Shown piece by piece: positions 57,931-64,000 of a stretch of 64,000 nt of DNA (within the stretch, counting starts at the first letter, position 1; each line of letters starts with the position of its first letter). The stretch is from an uncultured Actinomycetes bacterium (GTDB taxonomy: Bacteria; Actinomycetota; Actinomycetes; S36-B12; CAIYMF01). Location of the stretch: contig CAWAEB010000006.1 of the NCBI GenBank assembly GCA_963781015.1, positions 116,264 through 180,263 on the forward strand, read 5' to 3'. The position numbers and the translations under genes were made by a program. The notes below the pieces were generated by a model. The model was not told where the DNA came from, did not search any database, and saw nothing but the letters and a program-made list of their open reading frames with translations.

Positions 57931-59574
57931 CTGTGTGGCGAGCAGGCATGGCCGACCAAGCTGCGCGCCAGGTTCGAGACCGACCTGCTGCCCGCCCACG
58001 TCGCCCGGAGTCGTTGGTATGGCATGCGGGGCGCGCCCATCGATCGAGTGGAGTTGGGCGAGCATGCCGTGCTCGAGGACGAGGGACACACGTGGTTGCT
58101 GGTGGTGGTGCAGGTGCACACCGCGGAGCAGTCCGAGCGGTACTCCCTGCCCCTGGCACTGGGTTGGGAGGATACCGAGGAGGAACGGATCAAGCAGATC
58201 GCCGGTGGCGCGGTCGCCCGGGTGCGCCAGCAGGCACATGTCGGCCTGGTGGCTGACGCCACCTACGACGAGGCCTACTACCGCGCGCTCGTCCGCGCGA
58301 TCCGGGCCGGGCGCACCTTGGACACGCGCACGGGACAGATCCGTTTCGTCGCCGCTGCCGGGTTCAGCGAGTTGGTCCCTGAGATCCCCACCGACCTGGC
58401 CCCCAACCGGTTGCCTGGCCTGGGCAGCAACAGCAACAGCGTGCTCGGCGATGCGCTCTTCCTCAAGACGTTCCGCCGGCTGCGCCCGGGGATGAACCCC
58501 GAGCTCGAAGTCGGTCGCTTCCTCACCGAGGTCGCCAGGTTCGACCGGTGCGTGCCAGTGGTGGGGCACGCCGAGTACGTCGACAAGGACGGCGAGGTCA
58601 CAGTCCTGGCCCTGCTCCAGACCCACATACCGAACCAGGGAGACGTCTGGACCTTCACCGTCGACGAGCTCACCAGGCATCTCGAGGATTCGCTGACCAC
58701 GCCTGCCGCTGGCACCACCCCGATCATGCCGGCCCGCTCGACTGCCGACGGTGTCCCCAACGAGGCCATCAGCACCACGACCTCGATTCCCATCATCACC
58801 AGTGCGGAGCACCCGCCGAGCCTGGACGGTTACCAACCGCTGGCTCGTAGTCTGGGCCGTCGGACCGCGCAGCTGCACGCTGCGCTGACCCTGCGCACCG
58901 GGGATCCGGCCTTCGATCCGGAGCCTGTCGTCCAGGCGGACATAGAGCACTGGGCCGAGCTGACCCGCCAGGACGTAGCTGCGACCATGTCCGCCCTGGA
59001 GGCGCACCTCGACCAACTGCCCGCCGGCCTGGCACCGCTGGCATCGGAGCTGCTCGGCACCGCACCCGCCCTGGTCAACAGGATCGATGAGTGGGGGCAC
59101 CACCGGGCAGCCGGGGTCAAGACCCGCTACCACGGCAGCTACCACCTCGATCAGGTGATGCTCGTGGAGAACGATGTGGTGATCATGGACCTCGAGGGCG
59201 AGCAGGGCGTCTCGCTGGCGCGGGCGCGGGCGAAGAGTTCAGCGCTGCGCGACGTTGCCTCCATGCTGCGCAGCTTCGACTACGCACGCCGGGCCGCTCA
59301 GGACCGGGCCACCCAGCACGAGGGTGACCTGGAACGCATGGCCCCGGCGGCCGCAGCCTGGCTGGATTCCACGAGGGGGTCCTTCCTTGCTGGATACCGC
59401 GAGGAGGCTGTCGCCGCCGGTCTCTACGCGGACGATGCAGCCTTCGACGCGCAGCTCCCTCTCGTCAGCCTCTTCGAGCTTCAGAAGGCGCTGCAGGAAC
59501 TACGCTTCGAGCTGGACCACCGGCCCGAATGGGTCGGTATCCCGCTGCACGGGCTGGCAGCGATGATCCAGTAG
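57931..59574 (+). CDS. mak: maltokinase (Mak/Pep2) domain, in the +1 frame relative to treS; 5' boundary approximate
   Basis: This frame reads ...[32 protein letters not shown]..., comparable to M. tuberculosis Pep2 LPWSDWLSRQRWYAGRNRE. It also reads [28 protein letters not shown]...[15 protein letters not shown], comparable to RVHGDLHLGQVL...IDFEGEPG...LRDVAGVLRSFEYA. The first ATG (58024) falls inside the conserved RWY motif. Confidence 0.75.
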   Translation: MCGEQAWPTKLRARFETDLLPAHVARSRWYGMRGAPIDRVELGEHAVLEDEGHTWLLVVVQVHTAEQSERYSLPLALGWEDTEEERIKQIAGGAVARVRQQAHVGLVADATYDEAYYRALVRAIRAGRTLDTRTGQIRFVAAAGFSELVPEIPTDLAPNRLPGLGSNSNSVLGDALFLKTFRRLRPGMNPELEVGRFLTEVARFDRCVPVVGHAEYVDKDGEVTVLALLQTHIPNQGDVWTFTVDELTRHLEDSLTTPAAGTTPIMPARSTADGVPNEAISTTTSIPIITSAEHPPSLDGYQPLARSLGRRTAQLHAALTLRTGDPAFDPEPVVQADIEHWAELTRQDVAATMSALEAHLDQLPAGLAPLASELLGTAPALVNRIDEWGHHRAAGVKTRYHGSYHLDQVMLVENDVVIMDLEGEQGVSLARARAKSSALRDVASMLRSFDYARRAAQDRATQHEGDLERMAPAAAAWLDSTRGSFLAGYREEAVAAGLYADDAAFDAQLPLVSLFELQKALQELRFELDHRPEWVGIPLHGLAAMIQ

Positions 59575-59681
59575 CCCAGCCTGCCGGCCCGGGGGTGGGC
59601 TGCCCTGCGGGCCCGCGGCGTGGGCTGACCTGCGGGCATGCAAGGATCTGTGCACCGTTACCGACCACGAAGGGAACCACC

Positions 59682-59897
59682 ATGGCCAAGTACGACCTCA
59701 CGACCACGACCCTCGGCTCGCTGCTCGAGGACCCCGAGGTTGTGGCGATCATGGAGAAGCACGCCCCCGGCATCACCTCCAACCCCATGCTCGGCATGGC
59801 CAAGGGCATGCCGGCCGCGCAGGCCGTGGGCATGGCCGGCGGGATGATCGGCCAGGACGCCGTCACGGCGATCATGTCCGACGTCGAGGCGCTGTAG
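59682..59897 (+). CDS. small (71 aa) Met/Gly/Ala-rich hypothetical protein
   Basis: GAAGGGAA precedes the ATG at 59682. The product is MAKYDLTTTTLGSLLEDPEVVAIMEKHAPGITSNPMLGMAKGMPAAQAVGMAGGMIGQDAVTAIMSDVEAL. It has high third-position GC and is followed by a hairpin. I recognise no family. Confidence 0.45.
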   Translation: MAKYDLTTTTLGSLLEDPEVVAIMEKHAPGITSNPMLGMAKGMPAAQAVGMAGGMIGQDAVTAIMSDVEAL

Positions 59898-59910
59898 CTC
59901 GTACGCATCC

Positions 59911-59944
59911 GAGGGCGGGGTGGGCCGGAGGCTCCCCCGCCCTC
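59911..59944. terminator. terminator-like hairpin between convergent genes
   Basis: GAGGGCGGGG (59911-59920) pairs with CCCCGCCCTC (59935-59944) around a 14-nt loop. Confidence 0.4.
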
Positions 59945-59972
59945 AGGCATGTCCGGGCGGGTGACAGCCGGG

Positions 59973-60569
59973 CTACGGGGCGGCGATGGTGAGATCGCGC
60001 TCCCTGGCGAATCCCCGCGGCTCCGAGATCAGTCCGTCGAGTGCTGCGACCGGTATCACCAGCAGCTGTCCGAGGATGGTGGAGACCTCCCAACCCAACG
60101 AGCTGTTCGGGTCCGCACGCCCCTGGACCCGTGCGAGCAACGCGCTCAGGGGGATCCCCATCGCGTTGCCCCACATCATGGTGCGGGTGGCGACCAGGAC
60201 GCACAGGGCCTGCTGCTCGCCGTACTGCTCGATGACGGCTTGCCAAGCGCCTGGATCAGGATGTCCGCGGGTGTCGGCGTAGTGCTGGCCGAACGCGACG
60301 GCGGGCAGTTGGTCGTCCGGGACACCCTCCGTGATGCCGCCGAGCAGGTTCCGCACCTCGTCGCGGTCCATCCCTGCCTCCAGCGCATACCTCGTGTGGG
60401 CGTGGGAGCACAGTTCGCAACCGTTGACTTCAGTGACTGCCAATCTGATTCGTTGCGCGAACACCTGGTTGCAGGTGATGTCGGCCCTGCGCATCCGCAC
60501 CACGGTGCGCACGGCCTGCGCGGTGATGCCGTAGGTGTCGCGCACGGAGTAGTGCTTCTTTGCAACCAT
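59973..60569 (-). CDS. carboxymuconolactone decarboxylase (AhpD-like) family protein
   Basis: The start is taken at the ATG at 60569 (MVAKKHYSVRDTYG). It has the AhpD-type CxxC motif VNGCELCSHAH. Confidence 0.8.
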   Translation of the reverse strand: MVAKKHYSVRDTYGITAQAVRTVVRMRRADITCNQVFAQRIRLAVTEVNGCELCSHAHTRYALEAGMDRDEVRNLLGGITEGVPDDQLPAVAFGQHYADTRGHPDPGAWQAVIEQYGEQQALCVLVATRTMMWGNAMGIPLSALLARVQGRADPNSSLGWEVSTILGQLLVIPVAALDGLISEPRGFARERDLTIAAP

Positions 60570-60731
60570 GTGCACACTGGATGGTCTCACGCGCAAGCGG
60601 GCACCGGACCCGATCGCGCCCTTCTGGATGCCTTCCCCGGAGTTCTGGACCACGCGCCGCGGAATGGACCGGGTGACTGCGGACCCGCCCACCACAAGGC
60701 TCGAGACCGCGCGGTCGCTGCACGCCAGCGG

Positions 60732-60759
60732 TTGCCCGACGCGCGTTGCCGCGTATGTT
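60732..60759 (+). promoter_or_regulatory. candidate sigma-70-type promoter for the repeat-protein/JmjC operon
   Basis: TTGCCC (60732-60737), a 16-nt spacer, then TATGTT (60754-60759). It lies about 37 nt upstream of the ATG at 60796. This is a pattern match only. Confidence 0.25.
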
Positions 60760-60795
60760 GGGCACGTCACATCCCACTACCCGGAGGCATCTTCA

Positions 60796-61107
60796 ATGAG
60801 CATCAGCGACGAGGACATCACGACCGCCGCAGCTTCGGCAGGCGAGGGCACCGCCGACGGCGGAGCCAACCCCGCAGGCCACGACGGCGGCGCAGACGGC
60901 TCAGCAGGCGAGGGCACCGCCGACGGCGGAGCCAACCCCGCAGGCCACGACGGCGGCGCAGACGGCTCAGCAGGCGAGGGCACCGCGGATGGCGGAGCCA
61001 ACCCCGCAGGCCACGACGGCGGCGCAGACGGCTCAGCAGGCGAGGGCACCGCGGATGGCGGAGCCAACCCCGCAGGCCACGACGGCGGCGCAGACGGCTC
61101 AGCTTGA
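60796..61107 (+). CDS. acidic Gly-rich repeat protein (14-aa leader + 4 identical 22-aa units AGEGTADGGANPAGHDGGADGS)
   Basis: GGAGG (60783-60787) lies 8 nt before the ATG at 60796. The frame is open across all four 66-bp repeats. The only repeat-to-repeat DNA differences are at wobble positions. The TGA stop overlaps the TTG start of the next gene. The antisense frame shares the same wobble positions and cannot be excluded on that criterion alone. Confidence 0.5.
   Translation: MSISDEDITTAAASAGEGTADGGANPAGHDGGADGSAGEGTADGGANPAGHDGGADGSAGEGTADGGANPAGHDGGADGSAGEGTADGGANPAGHDGGADGSA
60838..61101. repeat. 66-bp x 4 head-to-tail tandem repeat
   Basis: The unit is GCAGGCGAGGGCACCGCCGACGGCGGAGCCAACCCCGCAGGCCACGACGGCGGCGCAGACGGCTCA. 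Units 1 and 2 are identical to each other, and units 3 and 4 are identical to each other. The two pairs differ only by GCCGAC versus GCGGAT. Confidence 0.97.
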
Positions 61108-62375
61108 GCACGAGTCCCGGGGGCGGGCCGGGAGACCGGCCCGCCCTGGCCCGTTGCATCAGCATCGACCCCGCGGAGTTCGCCGAGTCCTACTGGGGCC
61201 GCCGACCGCTGCTGTCGTGCGCCGCGGACCTGGGCGGGGGCTTCTCTGATCTCTTCTCCGCGGCTGCGGTCGACGAGCTGGTGGCCGATCGCGCATTGCG
61301 CACGCCGTTCGCGCGGATGGCCAAGGAGGGCGTGCTGCTCGCGCCATCTCGCTACACCGCATCGGGCGGGCTGGGGGCCGAGATCGCCGACCAGCTGGCC
61401 CCGGAGCAGGTACTCTCCGAGCTCGCGGCCGGTTCCTCGCTGGTGTTGCAGGGCCTGCATCGCACCTGGCCCCCGCTGGCCGAGTTCACCCGAGACCTGG
61501 TCGCCGACCTGGGGCATCCGTGCCAGGTCAACGCGTACATCACCCCAGCGTCCTCCCGGGGCTTCGACCCGCACTACGACATCCACGACGTCTTCGTCCT
61601 CCAGATCCACGGCGAGAAGCACTGGACGATCCACGAGCCGGTGCATCCCGATCCGCTGCGCTCCCAGCCCTGGTCGCAGCGCAGTGCCAAGGTGGCTGCG
61701 CGGGCGGAGCAGGAGCCGGCGATCGACGCGACCTTCAGGCCTGGCGATGCGCTCTACCTGCCGCGAGGGTGGATCCACTCGGCCACCGCACTGGGCGGCA
61801 CCTCCATCCACCTGACGATCGGCGTCCCGGCCTACACCCGGCACGACATCGTCGAGGCTGCGGTGGCACTCGTCGCGCAGAACTCGGCAACCACCGAGGC
61901 CGCCGAACTGCGCGGGTCGCTGCCGGTCGGCGCCGGGCACGCGGACCCAGATGCGCTGCGCCCCAGCGTGCAGGCGACGCTGGACGCCCTGATCGCCGCA
62001 CTGGAGCGGCTCGGTTCCGACCCGGACCTCGCCGAGCGGATCGCGACCGACCTGAGGTCCCGTCTCGCCGCAGACACCCGGCCCGAACGGGTGCGCCCCC
62101 TGGCCGCCCTCGACGCACTCGCCGACCTGGGTGCCCGAACGTCCGTCGGGCTGCGCGACGGTCTTCCGGCCCGCATCGAGGACGTGGACGGACAGGTGGC
62201 CGTCATCGTGCCCGGCAAGCGGATCACGCTGCCCGCTGAGGCCCGTCCCGCACTCGAGTTGGCGCTGAGCGGATCCCCGGTACGGGTCGGCGACCTGCCG
62301 GAGCTCGACGCCGACTCCGCGCGGGTCGTCGTACGGCGACTGCTGCGTGAGGCAGTCCTTGTGGTGCGGGCGTGA
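61104..62375 (+). CDS. JmjC / cupin_4 domain protein (ribosomal-oxygenase-like Fe(II)/2-oxoglutarate oxygenase)
   Basis: It reads PALARCISIDPAEFAESYWGRRPLL...LVLQGLHRTW...GFDPHYDIHDVFVLQIHGEKHW...LYLPRGWIHSA, giving an HxD...H facial triad, plus a C-terminal winged-helix-like region. The only in-frame start near the conserved N-terminus is the TTG at 61104 (TTGA overlap with the upstream stop). Confidence 0.8.
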   Translation: MSTSPGGGPGDRPALARCISIDPAEFAESYWGRRPLLSCAADLGGGFSDLFSAAAVDELVADRALRTPFARMAKEGVLLAPSRYTASGGLGAEIADQLAPEQVLSELAAGSSLVLQGLHRTWPPLAEFTRDLVADLGHPCQVNAYITPASSRGFDPHYDIHDVFVLQIHGEKHWTIHEPVHPDPLRSQPWSQRSAKVAARAEQEPAIDATFRPGDALYLPRGWIHSATALGGTSIHLTIGVPAYTRHDIVEAAVALVAQNSATTEAAELRGSLPVGAGHADPDALRPSVQATLDALIAALERLGSDPDLAERIATDLRSRLAADTRPERVRPLAALDALADLGARTSVGLRDGLPARIEDVDGQVAVIVPGKRITLPAEARPALELALSGSPVRVGDLPELDADSARVVVRRLLREAVLVVRA

Positions 62376-63271
62376 CCGCGACCGGCGACTGGCTGCCGTG
62401 CAGCGCGCGATCGCGCGACCGAGGGGACCCGCTGACCGCCACGGCGGGCCGTGGGGAGCGCTGGCTCCTGGTCGAGATCGACGGTGGTTGGGGATCGCAC
62501 GCCTTCCTCGACTCCCGGCTCGACCCCGCCCTGGCCGAGCGCCTGGTCGCACGGGTCGAGGGCGCCGGCATCCGGCCGCTCGCGATCCGGCGCACGGGCC
62601 GTCGGGCCGACGAACGCCGTGCGCAGTCGTCCTACGCGTGGGCCCTGGTCGATGCACGACCGGGCCACGAGCAGGTCCGGTGGGGCCGAGCGCAGGACCA
62701 GGCCGAACTGCTGACGGTCCCGCTGGACGGCTCCGCGGGCGTCCCGTCCAGCGATCCGGTCATCTGCGTCTGCACGCATGCACGCCACGACCAGTGCTGT
62801 GCCGTACGCGGCCGGCCACTGGTCGCGGCGTTCGCACGGGAATACCCCGAGCTCACCTGGGAGTGCTCACACCTCGGCGGTGACCGGTTCGCCGCGACGA
62901 TGATGGTCTTCCCCGAGTCGCTGATGTTCGGCCGGGTGGGTGCCGAGGACGCCGTCAGCCTCTATGAGCGCTACCGCGCCGGGCGGGTCGACCCGCGGCA
63001 CTTCCGCGGCCGGGCCTCGCTGTCGAACATCACGCAGGCCGCGCAGGCCTTCGCGGCGCAGGCCTCGGGCGATGACCGGATTGCTGCCTACCAGCCGGTC
63101 GCTGAGATCCCGGCGGACGGGGGCTGGCGGGTGGAACTGGACCACGAGTCAGCACCCGTCGTGGTCGACATCGGCACGACACAGTCCGAGCCGCTGCTCA
63201 GCACCTGCCGCGCCACGCACGCCGTGCCGGTCCGGGAATTCACCCTCCGGTCGATCCGTCCCGCCGGGTAG
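62372..63271 (+). CDS. sucrase/ferredoxin-like (thioredoxin-like [2Fe-2S], Apd1/Aim32-type) family protein
   Basis: The GTG at 62372 overlaps the JmjC stop (GTGA). It has motifs VCVCTHARHDQCCAVRG and CSHLGGDRFA. Confidence 0.8.
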   Translation: MTATGDWLPCSARSRDRGDPLTATAGRGERWLLVEIDGGWGSHAFLDSRLDPALAERLVARVEGAGIRPLAIRRTGRRADERRAQSSYAWALVDARPGHEQVRWGRAQDQAELLTVPLDGSAGVPSSDPVICVCTHARHDQCCAVRGRPLVAAFAREYPELTWECSHLGGDRFAATMMVFPESLMFGRVGAEDAVSLYERYRAGRVDPRHFRGRASLSNITQAAQAFAAQASGDDRIAAYQPVAEIPADGGWRVELDHESAPVVVDIGTTQSEPLLSTCRATHAVPVREFTLRSIRPAG

Positions 63272-63424
63272 CAGGGGCCCGGGCAGATCAGGCTCGGATC
63301 GCGACCTCGAGGCGGGCCCACCGAGCGTGGCCGCCCGCCGTGCCGGTCGCGCCCGAGCGCGGACGGCCTTCGCCATCTGCAAGGCACTGCCGCCGAGAGT
63401 GCTCCGACCGCCTACCGTTGAGCC

Positions 63425-63928
63425 ATGCCCGAGTTCACGCCCGAGATGGCCACCGCTTTCGTCCACCAGGCTGTTCCGGCGGTCGGACGGCTCGGTGTCG
63501 TGGTCACGGCGATCACGCCGGGGACGGTCAGCCTGCGCGTCCCGATCGAGGGCAACGCCAACCACATGGGCACCATGTACGCGGGGGCGTTGTTCGCGCT
63601 CGCGGAGCTGCCCGGTGGCCTGATCCCGTTGGCCGCTCTGGGGGTCGGGCGGTACACGCCCATCGTGACCGGGATCGAGATCCAGTTCCTGGCCGCGGCG
63701 CACACGGACGTCACCCTCACCGCGCACATGGGCGTTGCCGAACTGCGCACGCTCGCCGAGCAGGCGGATGCCGAGGGCAGGTCGAGCTTCACCCTGGATC
63801 TGCAGGGTGAAGACACGCGTGGCCGGACCGTGGTCAGCAGCCGTGCGCACTACCAGCTGCGACCCAGCCGCGAACGCGACCAGAAGCGCGATCATGCCTC
63901 AGATGGCCGATCGATCCGCGATTCCTGA
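63425..63928 (+). CDS. hotdog-fold thioesterase (PaaI / YiiD_C-like)
   Basis: 167-aa ORF reading GTVSLRVPIEGNANHMGTMYAGALFALAELPGG...IEIQFLAAA. The last ~25 aa are probably a low-complexity tail. Confidence 0.7.
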   Translation: MPEFTPEMATAFVHQAVPAVGRLGVVVTAITPGTVSLRVPIEGNANHMGTMYAGALFALAELPGGLIPLAALGVGRYTPIVTGIEIQFLAAAHTDVTLTAHMGVAELRTLAEQADAEGRSSFTLDLQGEDTRGRTVVSSRAHYQLRPSRERDQKRDHASDGRSIRDS

Positions 63929-64000
63929 GCACTGGACCGTGCCGATGGATGCCATGAGGCGGCGCAGACGCCCGTACAGCAATGCCTTCGCGAGCAGCTT

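Noticed and set aside
58024-58026. ATG at 58024 as an independent start codon for maltokinase.
   Set aside because: It falls inside the conserved RWY(G/A) motif. About 30 conserved codons of the maltokinase cap lie upstream in the same frame without any ATG or GTG. A frameshifted fusion explains the data better.
60838-61101. Possible CRISPR array, because of identical repeats.
   Set aside because: The 66-bp units are directly adjacent with no spacers. They are much longer than CRISPR repeats. They lie in an open reading frame, and no cas genes are present.
59949-61103. Upstream part of the 808-aa frame that also contains the JmjC gene. It would give an Arg-rich N-terminal extension (RRGHRRRRSQPRRPRRRRRRLS repeats).
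   Set aside because: - That frame runs antisense through the AhpD-like gene.
- It has no credible start or SD.
- The repeat-to-repeat substitutions are non-synonymous in it (RR versus GW), whereas they are silent in the acidic frame.
- The conserved JmjC N-terminus (PALARCISIDP...) begins just after 61104.
60777-62657. 626-aa minus-strand ORF, including Pro-rich repeats (AEPSAPPSWPAGLAPPSAVPSP x4).
   Set aside because: It is antisense to the whole JmjC gene, so the long ORF is not real. A short antisense gene covering only the repeats cannot be excluded by wobble-position logic, because it shares the same third positions. However, it would need a start inside the JmjC 5' end and has no SD that I can see. 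I keep it as an explicit caveat rather than a call.
63929-64000. Possible gene at the right edge of the window.
   Set aside because: A plus-strand ATG (about 63946) and a minus-strand frame ending at the TGA at 63899-63901 are both open, with similar wobble GC over about 70 nt. The sequence is too short to decide strand or function.

Overview
This is a high-GC (roughly 70% by eye) actinobacterial chromosomal segment. The gene order gatCAB - ligA - mnmA - iscS - etfBA - GT4 matches the conserved Mycobacterium/Propionibacteriales-type core. I can support about 55 protein-coding genes or gene remnants. I found no rRNA, tRNA, CRISPR array, transposase or integrase.

- **1-28 kb, housekeeping:** ilvD (truncated at the window edge), bioY, gatCAB, ligA, azlCD, mnmA, cysteine desulfurase, etfBA and a bkd-type 2-oxoacid dehydrogenase operon.
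- **28-35 kb, DNA-repair cluster:** sbcCD, an AlkZ/YcaQ-like glycosylase and ku.
- **35-64 kb, more accessory:**
  - 5-oxoprolinase genes with a PxpA-PxpB fusion.
  - Two c-di-GMP turnover proteins.
  - A GH94 phosphorylase next to a nucleotidyltransferase-phosphoglucomutase fusion.
  - A TasA-like / SipW-type signal peptidase locus.
  - A multiply frameshifted helicase.
  - A treS-mak fusion broken at the domain junction.
  - A translationally coupled module: repeat protein, JmjC/cupin oxygenase, sucrase/ferredoxin-like protein.

The most interesting candidates:
1. The repeat-protein / JmjC / [2Fe-2S]-like module at 60.8-63.3 kb.
2. The SipW-type peptidase fused to its own apparent substrate, an internal second signal peptide plus a LamG domain, at 48.9-50.4 kb.
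3. A 58-bp nested-palindrome repeat present twice (6.3 kb and 24.05 kb).
4. An unusual number of single-base frame disruptions.

All calls rest on my reading of the supplied translations and sequence. No database search was run. CDS starts were chosen by motif position, Shine-Dalgarno-like sequences and stop/start overlaps, and they are less certain than the stops.
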